Positions 12,901 to 27,375 of a DNA stretch of 64,000 nucleotides are shown here, piece by piece (positions within the stretch are counted from its first letter, which is position 1; each line of letters opens with the position of its first letter). Below the pieces are notes generated by a model, which was not told the origin of the DNA, made no database searches, and was given only the letters and a program-made list of their open reading frames with translations. Position numbers and translations under genes: made by a program. This DNA comes from Tubiluchus corallicola (lineage: Eukaryota; Animalia; Priapulida), in NCBI GenBank assembly GCA_030141605.1, contig JAQGDQ010000138.1:124001-188000 (forward strand), given 5' to 3'.

Positions 12901-14890
12901 TTGTAGATCTATGTCCGACATTAGAAGCATAGACTAATTTTGATTTTACATTTATGACTAGATGCACGCAGATATTGAAAAGCTGAAAGTTTACCAAGCA
13001 AAGTAGAGGAAATAAGTTAATTTAAGTAATGATTAAGTAATGATTTAAGTAATAATAATTTCTAAACGACACTACTGAATGAACAAATGTCACTTTGGAT
13101 CAATTTAGTTCAATCCCGAAAAAAATCAATTTGACAAATCTGCCGGCGGCATGTACTGGCGGCAAGGACGCGTTGATGATAATTTTTCCTAGAGAATTTG
13201 TGGCCTATAATATATGTCCTTGCGCCCCAATTAAGAAGCCATGTTCATTCAAATTAAGTTCAAACAATTGTAGGGCAATCCTAAACAAGTTGTGTTTGCT
13301 CGTGGTGTTGACTAATCATCTGAGGGTGCAGGAACACCGATCTGAACCGGATCAGCGCAGCAAGTGTACAGTCTGTGCGACGTGCATAATAGCATATATT
13401 TGACACGAAATACACGTAACATACCGCGTGCTGATGGTTTGACGCGAAGCCATGGGAGTGAGAGAAAATCAATGGATGACACAATCAGGCTGTTGAGATG
13501 TACTGTAGTATATCTGTGTTATGCCGATGCATTAATACTCGCAGAACGGCAGAGTAAATGAATTCTCCAATAAAGGCGGCTCTTCCCCATAAGTACAGAG
13601 GCGTCATAGTTTACTACATGAATTTATTAATACAATAACGCGGGGTTTTTTATAACACTTTGCAAAAAATGTCTCGCGTCGAGCTCCAGACACATTCCAC
13701 ATAGCAAGCAAAATTGCAGTCATGAAACACAAAGAAGCAAAGGCAATCCGGCATAAATGATAAAAATGCCACAATAAAGGAAAATGAAAAAACACTTCAA
13801 TCACGACTGTAGGCTATATCTTCAGGTGAAAAAGCAAAAGAAAGCACAGACGATCATTAGATAATAATGTCCTTGCAGTATTAATGAAACGCACATTAAT
13901 AAATACATAAGATACCAAACACCAACAATGGTGGCTGAAACGTCGTCTTTTTACTGTGAGTTTCTTTTCAATCGATTGTTTTCGTTCTTATCATGCACCC
14001 GAATTATTGGCGCGTTACAATTTGCCATAATTTGCATTTTTTCTTGACCCAACAAATCCACACCAAGAATACAAGTTACGGGTATACACATAAGCAAATT
14101 AACTATGACTGCCTATTTAAACCATTCACCAGTCACTCTGTCAATAAATACATGGAAACTCTTAATAAAAATTCCACGACAAAGAAAAATGAAACAAACA
14201 AATAAAAAACTCAATAAAAAAATAACTACAATAAAAAAAACTCACGATCTAGCATAAAAGGTCTCCCGGAAAAAACTCCCGAAAAATAGAGCTACTAGTA
14301 AATGTTCATGAAAGTTCGACAAACCTAACATATAAAGCATTTCGATTAATCAAGAGTTGCGATTATTGATTATACAACCATACACTACCAGCTTCGGTAC
14401 TGGGTCTGGGTACACAAAAGACTACGGGCTTTTAATGCAAACAAGTCGGATCAACAAGGACACTGTGACCTTTCCTCTTCGAGAACGTATACTTGACTTG
14501 TACTGTACTTCCAGCGCAACTGATTGAACAAAATGATCATCAACGGACAGCGTTACCGTTTATTATCACATTCATCATCACACTGGAAGCCACCCGACAG
14601 AATTATACTCTGAGCAAAAAGCTGCGGGGTTTACACTTAAACCAGTGTAACTAGGCACTTGGTTACTTTTTATAGCTGGAAAGGCGCGTAACAAAATCTG
14701 CAACGATTAGCCGCTTGAACGACCTAGTAGCGAAGCATAAATTACCCAGTTAATTTACAGCAAGGAAAACACTTTAGTCAGCCAAAGAATTTTATCGAGC
14801 AAATTAAAAATTTCGGATCGGAGGTAAAAGCGCTGTACTACTTCTTTTCTCGCAGACTTGACACAGTCTTAACTAGTGATGACTGTTGCG

Positions 14891-17360
14891 TGTGATGAAT
14901 CAGGGGCTACGTAATAGTCAAGGAATGAACAGCATAGTTTGTCGTACCACTAATGTCTGTACCGCGTAACGGCCTGTAACTATCTTTTATTATAATAATT
15001 ATACTTTCTCTACAGAATCTTAAAGTTTTATTATTGTCTTTAACTGGTGACGCAACATAGTGGAAGCGCGGCACCAACGAAGAGCCGCCTACAGCTGTGC
15101 TGATTGACTAAGATACTACACATCAACTACGTGTATACGTCGGGAAAGGTCGCATGCAGCACAATGTGTTAAATGGCTCTAGCGTGCTAGCTAGTAGACT
15201 ACGAGAAATGCGTCCTATTTGTTCTCCTATGATTATAAAAGCTCAAACCTCTGAGTTCGTGTGCACTCACGAAAAAAACTAGAAAATGAGTGATGATAAT
15301 AACAATGGTGAAGTGATGAAAGGAAATTTGCCAAGTGTGCAAAATACTGTTCAACATCTGGGACCTGTGAATGGCATTCGTGCCACACCATCTTTAAATG
15401 TTGATTGCAATATTAATTAGAATTGGAAGCTTTTTAAGCAAAAATGGCGTAATTATGCCACTATAACACAGATAAATAGACAGCCCATGAAATATCAGGT
15501 TACTCTCTTACTCCATGCTATTTGGGATGATGCACTAAATTTATACAGCAGAAACACCAGAAAATGACCGCAATCTGGATGAAACTATTACCAAATTGGA
15601 TACATTTGCAGTTGGAGAGACCAATGAGAAGTATGAAAGATACATCTTCAACAAATAAAGCAGTCAGAATAAAGGCGAAACTTTTGAACAGTTTCTATCA
15701 GCAATAAGGAGGCTAGTTAAGTCTTATAACTACGGTAACGGCTGTGTTAATTCGATTCTGCGAGAAAGAATAGTGCTAGGTCTACAAAATAGCCAGGTAC
15801 AAACTGCCTTACTCAAAGAACGTGACTTAACTTTAGAAAAGGCTATAGATATACGTAAAGCAGCTTTAAAAAGTTCTGCTCACAGCAAAGCTATGCAACC
15901 AGAAGTGGTGCACAAAGTCAAAGTTAAAAAACAGTTCAAGTTGAACCCTAGTAAACCCGATAATGACTATCGCAGGTCCACATCTAGCGTCAAAAAAGAG
16001 TGTAAGTTTTGCGGGTGCAACCATGTTTTTACGAAAGAGGAATGTCCAGCATGGGCAAATCATGCACTTTTTGTATGGAAAGCAATCACTTTGCCTTGAA
16101 GTGCCCTATCAAAAAATCTAAACCAGCCGTATCAGCTCGCAAACAGAAAGACAACATAAATCAGCTTGAAGCTTGCGCCAATGAGTTGGATACTGACACT
16201 GAAAGTAGCAACAGTGATGCAGAATGGTTGAATGTAGTCACGGATGCTGCTATTCTATGAAAGACTATGTATATATGCTAATAGAAAATGAACCGGCAAC
16301 AGTGTTATTTGGGCTACAGAAATTTCATCACTATACTTATGGTCGCCACTTAACTGTTGTTACTGATCATCAGCCTTGGAGACCATAAGAAAAAGCCTCT
16401 GTCAAAGGCTCCCAGACGACTGCATAACTTCTTCCTCCAAGCACAGGAATATGACTTCAGTTTAGTTTATCATCCAGGTAAAGAACTAATCATACCTGAT
16501 GCCCTAATTCGTACTCCAGCGGATGATAACACCACACCAACGTAAGAACTAGTAAACAATCTTCTGTTTACACCTATAAAGGAAAACCAGTTGAATGCCA
16601 GTCGCACTGCGACTCAGAAAGACATAGCACTGCCACAACTAAAGACAACCATAATGACTGGATGGCCAGACAACAAGAGGGAACTGCCTGAAACTATCAT
16701 ACCATATTTTAGCTATCCTGATGAATTAACAGAGCGAGGTGGCATTGTCTTGTGTGGCAAATGCATCATTACACCAGCATCAATGAGAAGAGAAATTAAA
16801 GAAAAGTCTGTGCTGGCCACTCTAGCATAAATTCTTGTCTACCTCGAGCCAGAGAGCTAATATTTTGGCCAGGCATGTCGGGTGAAATCAGGCAATATAT
16901 TGAGTGTTGTGACATCTGTTCTTCAGTGCTAGATAAACAACCTCTAATACAACCTGAAATTGCATAACGCCTATGGGAAAGAGTTGGAACTGATATATTC
17001 TACATAGACGGCCGCAGTTACTTGATTACAGTGGACTACTTTAACAGATTTTTTGAAATAGAATATCTAGAACAAGACACAAAATCTAGCATCATTGTTT
17101 CTAAACTGAAACAACACTTTGCCCGGCACGACGATCAGAAATGGAAAACATTCTTCTTGCGATTTTAAGAAGTTTGCAGAAAGGTGGAGTTTCACACATA
17201 GCATAATCAGCCCAGGTAATAACCAAAGCAATGGAGCAGCTGAGGCAGCTCTTAAAATAGCAAGACTCATAAAAAAGTCTAGGGAGGAAAAGGAGGATCC
17301 GTACGTAGGACTATTAAATTAAGAAATACCCCACACGAAGGACTTAGTTCTCCTACCAAA
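14891..17360 (+). mobile_element. Degenerate Ty3/Gypsy LTR retrotransposon (gag, RNase H, integrase; protease and RT deleted), antisense in GRK intron 2
   Basis: Gag motifs NWKLFKQKWRNYA and ERDLTLEKAIDI; double zinc knuckle CKFCGCNH...CPAW / CTFCMESNHFALKC; RNase H FGLQKFHHYTYGR..VVTDHQP; YDFSLVYHPGKELIIPDAL; integrase FWPGMSGEIRQYIECCDIC, PWERVGTDIF, YLITVDYF, QSNGAAEAA. Many stops and frameshifts. A candidate 5' LTR (TG..CA, 14891-15057) is followed by a PBS-like tagtggaagcg. Confidence 0.9.
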
Positions 17361-17879
17361 AACACCAGGCTTGTGAAACGTAAGTGCACATCAGTCAGTA
17401 GCTTAACGTTATTGTGACAGGCCAAGCCTAAAGCCGCTACCTGTTGGAACCCCGCCCTAACTGAAAATTTGCTACTGCCACATCGAATTTTGTGTATTTA
17501 GCCAATTTTGTTGGTGCACCTTTACTGCAAGTGTTATAAATAAACTAGACGTGCTACAATAGACAATGATGTTACTGCTGTTTCAAGCATTGTACAATTC
17601 AGTTTTTAGTACGTTATTTCTCAAGAAAGCGAATCAAGATATTTATTTCACACCATACTGTATGACCAATTTCAGATCTTCAGCCTGCATTGTATGTCGT
17701 GAAGAAAAGGCAAGAGAGTTGAATAAACGTTGAATCTGCTATACAGAATATTATGCAAATCCCAATATAAATTTAAATCACTTTATATTAAATTTTATTA
17801 GTGATATTACAAGCAATGACAGCAGCAGCAACAAACATTAAAAGTACATGGAAGGTTATAACTTGAGATTCTGTAATAT

Positions 17880-18750
17880 AAAATAACCATTAATTTAGTT
17901 TTAGAACAGTTTGTTTTCCATTTCACAATTTAGTTCTTATGGTAACACATTTATGATGGGATCAATAAGAACGAGATCTGTATCATCTGCAAATAATATG
18001 GTCATAAATTGTGCAGTAGCAGCAACTCAAATTTATAATTAAAAATAATAACTGCCCAAAAACGGGCCCTCGTGGGATTTAACGATTTCAATATCAGAAA
18101 ATGTCTATTAACGACAGTGAAGTGTTTCCTGCTATTTCCTAAGAAAGCAATTGGGAAGACTCCTCTCTTGGCACAGTGTATAATTTGCCAAAATGCAATT
18201 AAAAACTGTTAAATACTACATCAAATGTCTTTCAAGTTTAAACAAATGCTGCATCTGTTAATTTTATTGTTTAGGCTGAAAAGAAAGTTTTTTACTACAT
18301 TGGCAGTAATCTCAGTGGTATAATCATACAGAAATGCAAACTGTCACTCATTAAGAATATTGGTATAAGAAATTCTAGTACTGTACACAGTCTCTTGGAT
18401 ATCAAAGATGCAAATACTTAAGTTAAAGTGCTAGGAGGCTAGGAAATGAAACCGGTTAATTACAGTCAAAATGATTGCACTGTGACCATCATTTTAAAAC
18501 AGCAGGAGTAATTTGCCTAGCTTTAGTGGGAAGGTAAAATGCCAGATGGAATTGAAATACTAACTAGTTTAGTTAGCCTGCTCTAATATATTTCAAATTC
18601 GCAAATTAACTTATACAGTTTTATTGACACTTCTGAAGCTGAAGTTTTATTGGATTGGACCAGTAAAAATAAGCCCTCTCAAACTTAGCATGTGATAAGA
18701 GTGAATTTTCTCTAGTTTATAGTGTACTGGAATAAACAAGCCCTGCAGTC
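17880..18750 (-). mobile_element. Degenerate CR1/L2-type LINE reverse-transcriptase fragment
   Basis: Minus-strand motifs IPRGPVFGQLLFLII (PQGSVLGPLLFLIY-like, about 18040-18080), ILFADDT (about 17980-18000), and an NYRPISLL-like stretch near 18440-18465. Confidence 0.75.
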
Positions 18751-19334
18751 ACAGGACAAACTAGAAAATTAACGTCATCATGTTAATATAAACACATGAC
18801 GCCTACAGTAAACAATACCTTGGCATTAGTAATTTTAGGAATTAATTTGGACTTGTTGCCCTACATTCATGCTGTTTAATTTATTGGATTTTCATAAAGA
18901 CAAACACTCATGTAGCACATACCATAGTATTTTGTTATGACAAGAAACGGTAGGCTTCCAGCATTTACGCCTTATACATGGCACATTACTAATATTGGTG
19001 AATGCATGCCATGACATTGCATGTTACAGTGTTACTATGAAGACTTAGTAGTCCAACATGTCATGTTTTGACTATGAATCCTAAATGATCAATGTGTAGG
19101 TAATGCAAAAAACTCCACTTCCACACATCAGCAAGCAGCAACACAACCAAAATTAAGTCTAATGCCAAAAAGAAAAAAAGCCAAAAGCAGAAAAACAGAC
19201 AAATGTCATGAACTACTTTCAGGAGTCTGCTGTGAGACACCCAGAAAGGTTTTAAAAAGACAAATAATACAAATTTTATTGTGACCAAGAAATAGTAATA
19301 AAAAAGGATCTTATCTTTGCTTCCTTCCCATTTA

Positions 19335-19777
19335 ATCGCAAAATGTTTTTCGAGATTAAATGTCTCAAAATTCTCATTTGCTAACAGAGTTGTAAGCATT
19401 TGGAATGCTCTGGATTCTCGTGTAATTGATGCTACTAGTTTGTCAGTTTTTAAGCAATTGATTAACTAATGTTAAATTACTGCCTTATTGTAACTTCATC
19501 CGAAACACGTAAGATTATTATAGGACTAATTGGTTCTCTCGACACCATATTATTGCATAAAATGTATAGAGTGTATAATTCATATTTAGTTACATTTTTA
19601 GGAGCTTTTAGTGAGATGTATTCAATTTTAGAGTAATGTTTTCATAGGTTTCGTTTTTGGGCATCAATGTTTGTTTTATAGGATCAGCGTAAGTATGCTT
19701 GCGCCTGCTGATTTAAAAAAATGTTATTTTAAAAAACGTATAAATGTCAATAAACAAATGAAAAATCAAAAATCAAA
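19335..19777 (+). mobile_element. 3' end of a CR1-type LINE (ORF2 C-terminus, 3' UTR and short tandem tail)
   Basis: Translates as SRLNVSKFSFANRVVSIWNALDSRVIDATSLSVFKQLIN*, the typical CR1 C-terminus. A small stem-loop (gcgtaag-tatg-cttgcgc) lies near 19690, and an aaatca-repeat tail at about 19760-19777. Confidence 0.8.
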
Positions 19778-22700
19778 CTCTGACTGAAACTATGGCAATT
19801 AAGTCTTTTATAAATAAATAACTGGCATACGTTTTTTACGAAAATGTCCATCAGACTTTGTATATGAATACATTTATTACAATACATGAGCATCCACAAT
19901 CATTTTTGTGGGTTTTTGCTGCATCACAGCAAGTTCACAAAAAAATCATACACATATATTATGTAGGCCTCATGAACAGCACATAATAAACATCTGAATG
20001 ATCATCTCTAGACTCTACTTAACCTGAAACTTTCTTGGGTTAGTCGATATTTCAATTCGTTTTTTGCTATACCTAAAGACGATTTCGATGAAGATCATTT
20101 AAGATGATCGAATAATTTGCATGAAAAAGAGTTGCTCCAGGGTTGCATCAAGAGAAGTTTATGCCTAGATTTCACATCAAAAGTATGAATTGCCATGCTG
20201 CTCTTAGTATTACATGTCATGCACGGTATCACATTTGGTACTTCTATCAACAGGCTTGATACATATTTTCACTTCTTAAAGCGTTATTTTTAAAACTTCA
20301 TTATAAAGAAATGTACAGATGATTAGGTGACAATCAATAATTTTCAAGATTAATTGAGATTTACAAGGGTAAACTCATGGACTTACATCAAAGAAATTAC
20401 AGCTTCACATTTATGAATTTACTGGGATTCGCATCACACTTTTGGAGCCATTTTCTTGTATTCACGAATCTTTACTCATTTTGGCTAGGACTACGGTCTG
20501 ATGCAAAAAGTGTAAAATGTATTTACTCTAAGTTCCACCTTTTTATATTCTCATGAGCAAAAACAAAGATTTTATTTAGCTTGCCAGTTTATTTACAAAA
20601 TTAGCAGAAATCACCAGAAATAAACGATGGTGATTGGATAAATTTGTGTGCATAAATAATTTGAATTTCAAACTATTCTGGCTTGATGACTTCTCTCATT
20701 TGACAAGAGTTTACTGTAGCCCGTCATGTAGCATCACTAAAAACTTTGTGCAGGTAAAAGAAATTTTGAGCCTCTATCCATTTCAAATGAAGCTGTTGAA
20801 AGATGCTTCTCCACCATAAAATACATAAAAACTGATTGTGTAAGTCTTTCTAAGAAAACTGTAGATTTGATGAGAAAAAGTATTGATGGTGCAGACAATT
20901 TCGAAATAAAAGTGGCGGCACGAAATCATATTTTAGCAGCAAACCGAAAATAAAACATGAAACCGCACAAAAGAAGTATAGACATAGATTGCAACTTGGC
21001 TTACATTCCAAAAGCCTCAAAACTAATATAGAAGCATTCCTCTATAGCTTGCTGCAGCAAAAAATATTTATGCAGGCACTTCTCTATCGAAATTGTCAGG
21101 ACCATCAGAGCTCAGTAAACAGAATAAATGGAGAAAAATGATTGTATATTATTTCAATATGAAATAAATGAATTCATAATACACTGTATGATATATTGTT
21201 CAAAAATTTGTTGTTAAATAATAATTTTGACTATCAGAAGAATACGATAAATAATTCATAATGAACAAACTGAAAGGTGATCGAAATAATGTCAATGCCA
21301 GTACAGATTACGAACAATTGCTAGCAAAACTCAACATTCATTAGATAATGATTTGCTTGGTTTGTCAGATCTGCCGTTTCTCAGCCACATTTTTCTGGGA
21401 GCTCTCTGTTCATTACCTCTGTTCATTACTGTGTTAATGTGCTGAAATTCAACATGAGGTTCTTGTAGTAACAATGAGCAATATTTTGTCAGAAACATTA
21501 AGCAAAACTAATCTTATCTGCAGTAATCTTATGTATGGCTATTTTTATAGTACACCTATGAAAAGGTTTTTAAATAGCCAAAGGAACAAGTAGCCTTACA
21601 ACAGTAAATTATATATATTCTGCACAATGCAAGCACTAAACCAAGCAAACTAATGCTTGCCTAGAACCTCAGGGGAAACCACAAAGACAGCCAAATGAAT
21701 GGCAGAAATTCGTACCTTCTCTTCCATTTTGCCACAGAACCTTATGGTCAAATTACATTTCCAAACATTGATGGCTCAATGTTTCACAGCTTTCCGACAA
21801 CCATAAATCAATGGTACTAAGTTTCTACTCTGATAAACAGCAGGGAAATGTGTAGGAAAAACAAGCTAAAAACGGGGATCAATACCGGTGCATGAACTTA
21901 ACAGTATGGTACGAGAGCAGATATTCTGTACAGCACCATCCATCGTGTAAAACTTATTCTTACTCTTAAATTCACCAATTAATGATTACCATCTTGAACA
22001 TATTTTGGTTAGCTTCTGGCTTTTACACATGTATGTTGCAAAAAGAGTGATGCAAGTTCATCATGCAGCAAACTCTCTAGTTAGTCGGGTCGAGTTAAAC
22101 CTGCAGGACCCTTCAACTTGATCAGGTAAAAATCGCCTAGTTAATTGTAAGTGTTATAAATTATATTCTTGATTAACCAGGCACGCCTCCATGCTGCTGC
22201 TGTTGTCTTTCCAAAGCCCACTACAGGGATACCAAGCTTGCCGGTTAATCAAAATTCCAGATAAAACTAAGCTAAATTTAGCCAAGTCCTAGTGCAAAAA
22301 ATAGCCAAATCCATGAGGCAAATTTTAGAACTAAGTAATCTTTACTTCAAGTCAGTTTGCTTGTAATAAAAAGACATCAGCTTTGAGGCTGACAATAAAA
22401 ATACTTCTGTTTCCGCCCGGGTAATATTTTTTAATGCGCAAACAGCCAAGAATTTTATAATTTTTTTGTAAGTTCATATACTTACCCCAGTCATATAAAA
22501 GTATATTTTTTAAATTAAAATGTAAAATGCAATAATTATTATAACAACGTTCTTTTGGGGAATGCAGGGTGAGGCCATATTTTTGCACGGCTAACTCTTG
22601 GCCAGTGTTGCCGTTTTGTATGATGCTTATTGTATTGGAGGTTAAAAACTATCAAATTTTCCGCCAAATCAGTGTATTAACGTCCGAGCAGTTTTGCCGT

Positions 22701-23244
22701 TTAACCCATAATTATCAAACATACACGTTCATGATAATAAAAGAGATTATACAATAATCGATAATCATACGATCACTTAAAAATGCAAGACGTGAAAGCG
22801 TGAAAAATGTGCATTGAAAAAATTTAAAACATTTAAAAAATTTAACTGCTAACCAGTGGGAAATAAACAACTTTGATTTCAACTGATTTTAAATATTCCA
22901 CGATTCAGCTTTAAACATTCATAAAGCTTTAAAAGAATTTTTTGGAAAAAAATTTCCTTCCTCCCTACTGACACCTTTTGAACTCATGAGGTAAAACAGA
23001 AACAAATTTTTCTTGTGGCCGGCCTAATAGCTCTAGAAGACACAATGTTATTTACAAAGGGCCCTGGCACTCCCAAATTAGCTGTCTATAGTTTGCTTCA
23101 AAAAAAGCTAGGCATAAGTTAGTCGAAGTATCACCACAATACTATATTCCATGTCAAACTTCACTTGGATTGGTAAGTTTCTTTTGCAACTTGGCTGGAC
23201 TCTGCAGTCAAATAGCAAATTTATAACACGTCCGACTCAGCTCA

Positions 23245-23517
<273 letters not shown>

Positions 23518-23860
23518 TTACTGACAGCGGTGTTAGTTAAATACTCTCTGTTTTTCTTCTTTAATGGCTGGCATAAGGGTAATACATGTTATTTTATTAT
23601 TATGACGACGACGACAACAACAACAACAACATGAATAATGACGAAGACAATATTAAATTTTGTTGCCGAAAATTCATATAATAGCTCGTTCGCATGAGGG
23701 CATTTTAAACTTACAAATGAAGCAAGACATCTACCAAATAATTACAATGATTAAAATGTAAACATTGCTATATGCTTATATATTTGCACAAGTGAACTAT
23801 ACATAAAAATACTTATGCAAATTTGGTATTAAAAGAAAAAATTGCAAGAAAAAATTCAAA

Positions 23861-24650
23861 TAGGGATGTCACAGAACTCCGACAGAACCGGAGCTTTGAA
23901 ACCGAATCTTGAATCGGAGCTTTGATCCAATTCGATTCGTTGACGTTCTACGTTACCTTAGATCCAACCCGATTCGGTGGAGACTTTTGAAAAAAATCCG
24001 GTTTAAGCTTCGGCTACAGAGGCTTATACGCTCATTTATCTTTAAAATTTTCAGCAAAATCCTGAAATAGCTACCTTTTTTGATAATTTGCCCACAATAG
24101 TGTCAGCATGTCTCAAACTCATGAAACTATGCGAAAGCATGCATCACATTATGAGTTTAACTGCTAAGAGTTCTTGTATTACTTTGACAGAAAGTGGTTT
24201 GGCTAACAACTCATTATGTGGCTTAGACGAACATGGTTTTTCGTCATCCACATTGCACATTACACGGACTCAAGGAGTGTAGGTAAAGGGACCCCAAGGA
24301 TTTTTTGACTAACAGATCATATTATATTGTTAGTTATCGGCAGAAAAAATCTGTCACAAAGTAATTAGATCATCTATAGTCTTTATTATCGCAAAATCAC
24401 TGTCCAACGTGCTGCTCAGACAGGTCATCTGTAATCTTCATGAAAAACACTGCAGTTTTACAATCTGCCATAATTCGATTGAGAACTGTATAGATTCGAA
24501 AAAGATTCAGTTGAAAGAACTGTCTGAAAAATTGAGATTCGAATTTGATTCTATTTTGAAGATTATTTTAAACCGAGATTCGGATTCGAAAATTTTATTA
24601 TGAAAATGAGATTCGGTGTACATACCGATTCAGTAATTTCAGATTCCCTA
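23861..24650. mobile_element. hAT-type non-autonomous element (TAGGG...CCCTA termini)
   Basis: 8-bp TSD aattcaaa / atttcaaa (7/8 match). Many subterminal ccgaat/attcgg/gattcg motifs cluster at both ends. Confidence 0.75.
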
Positions 24651-25268
24651 ATTTCAAATCCAGGGTTCCCAAAAATAAGCTCTTGATTTGAAGTTTAAAA
24701 AACACATTAACCTGAGAGGGTCGTGCATAACCTTTAAGTATGCTCCATTAACAAGAAGCAACACTGGAAAAGAAATTTATCATCAGCTGAAACAAGCTTT
24801 GTTCCAGACAGTAGTAAAATATTACTATCGGTTGACCTTAGTTGACGAGACGGTATGTAAATTTCTAAAGAAATCACGATTACATGAACTTAAAAGCTCT
24901 ATTACTGCTCACTTGCAACACGTTTATTGAGTAAAGTTAACTAACCTAGTTGTTTATGATTCTGTCCTATAAATACTGCAGCCTTAATTGAACATTAGTA
25001 AATGGAAAACAAATAAGTCAAAAGTTTTTAGCTTGTCAACCAAAGTCAGTCTAAGTCAGAACTATGCAACTGCTTCTTGCAATAACTATTTGTTATTTAA
25101 GTCACAAAAGGATTTAGCAATTGAAGCAGAGGCCTGGTCCAAAAGTTACCCAGTTATAGTTGCCAAACATCAATGCAAGAAATACTTTAATAACATCCCT
25201 TTGTTAAAGGTTTGTACTTTACTGAAGATGAATTAAACACAGTTCAGTAAGGAGATGTTTATAAAGCA

Positions 25269-25433
<165 letters not shown>

Positions 25434-27375
25434 ATGCATGTAAGTATACACAAATATATTAGAATTATATAAGGATGATATGTCATATTCACGGAAATGT
25501 TTTGCAGAAAAACAAAGTATGTCAATCGACAACCAATCACGAATAGAAAAGATAATCTTTCCTTGCAGTGCTATGGCTGCTGTGCAATAGAATGGCATGT
25601 GTTAATTAAGATGTCGCAGGCTTCCGATTAATCAATTTCTGAGCTAAAGAGAGGGAGCAAGCACACGTGCATTCATAAGCTACTAATTCTAACAACTAAT
25701 TGCGAATATCGGCGTACTATGCTGCACGGCTCTGCTATAGTGCACATGGCTCTTGCAAAAAAGAAAGAATGGTGTTTTAAGCAATGTCTCATTAGTTACT
25801 AAAGCACCAACAGACAGCCCTGTTGGGTTTGAAACTGAAACAAATTTCAGCCATTTGCAACATATGGTACTAAAGAAATTTGAAAATGACATAAGATGCG
25901 ACAAAATTATTATACTAGTGAAGGAAATGTCTGTCTCCAACAACAAAAATCAGACAGTGGTTCTGTCAATGTGTAGCTTGTAATGCATAGGTAATAGTTG
26001 TTTCACATGTTTAACTGCATTACCACAAAATTGCAATGCTATATGATAAAAGTAGCATTATGATGTATCAAAAATACAAAAAAAGAAAACTTCACATCAG
26101 CATTTAAAGGTATTTGTGAATGGAAATTGTGGATTTTTTAGGACAGGTGTTAAAAATATTGTTATACTGCATGTGCAAAGCTATGCCACAAATGTCTCTT
26201 GAATCCTGATTCCAAACTGTGCTGTTTCTAAAAATCATGAAACATCATTAACGAGGCAAGAGAAAAGATTGATAGATTTTTATTTATTAATGTTTAACCT
26301 CAGTTAACACAAAAGGTGAAAAAAGCAACAAATAATCACAGTGATACCGTTATATCAGCAGATGATTTGGAATAAACATACAGCACTCCAATTTTTTCTG
26401 TAGTCTGAGTTCTGTTGTTTGGGCTGATTAACGTTGTTTTTCTTGGAAATTCATAATTAAACTTTTGAGTTATTAATTAAGCAAGCCTAACAATGTGTAG
26501 TAACTACAAACAACTCTACAGTTGCAGATTTACTTCGACATTTGAGTTAACAATGTCACAAAGTTTTAATCCACTAAATAGACATTTAATAGTCAATAAA
26601 ATTCATTATATATACTTGGTTCTAAATTTACTACATGTATTTGTAACAGCACACTTGTTATGGGAAAATAGTGTACCTAGAGTAAACTCAGCCATTTGAA
26701 AGAACTAATCTAAATGACTGATGTGGATTTTTCTCCATAAAATATGAATTTTACTATGTTTTCAATGGACAGACTGCAAGCTGTAGAGTAAAAATGAATT
26801 AGGCAAGCTTACAAAATATGCCTAAAGGCTAAATTTGTGTTGACTAGTAGTGTACGACAGCTGACACTAGATGTAGAAAAGCTCCGATATTTCACAAAAT
26901 TCCAGTATTTCCCCTTTGTATCGGATTAGCGATATTAGGTTAAAAATCGGCCAGTTTTAGTACTGGATTACCTACTGATTATACTTAATTAATCTGAAAA
27001 ACGTAACATTTTTTGATTACCACTGTAAAAAAGGTGTTGCTGACAAACAGCAACAGTAATATTCTCATTTATCTTAGATCTACTGTATGTCAGGCAAGAA
27101 GTAGAACAATTACGATTATTTTTGTATAACATACTATGGCAAACATTCACTTCACACATAAAGTTGGATAAGATTTTCTGCTTCTGTAAATTATGTTAAT
27201 TAACACAACGTATTGCTGGCTGAACGACATGAAATACACAGAAGCACATGCAAATTATGTATAGACAGCCACAATAGATTGTTTGACACACATACGTACA
27301 GGACTACCAATTACTATCCATTGTTCTCCTGAGACGTGCCATCTTTAGCAGGAATAGAATGTTAATGCTCTAATG

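Noticed and set aside
13905-13945. Hammerhead-like cataaga...cacca-acaa-tggtg...GAAACGTC
   Set aside because: The CUGANGA box has two mismatches and no helix I was found; too degenerate to call.
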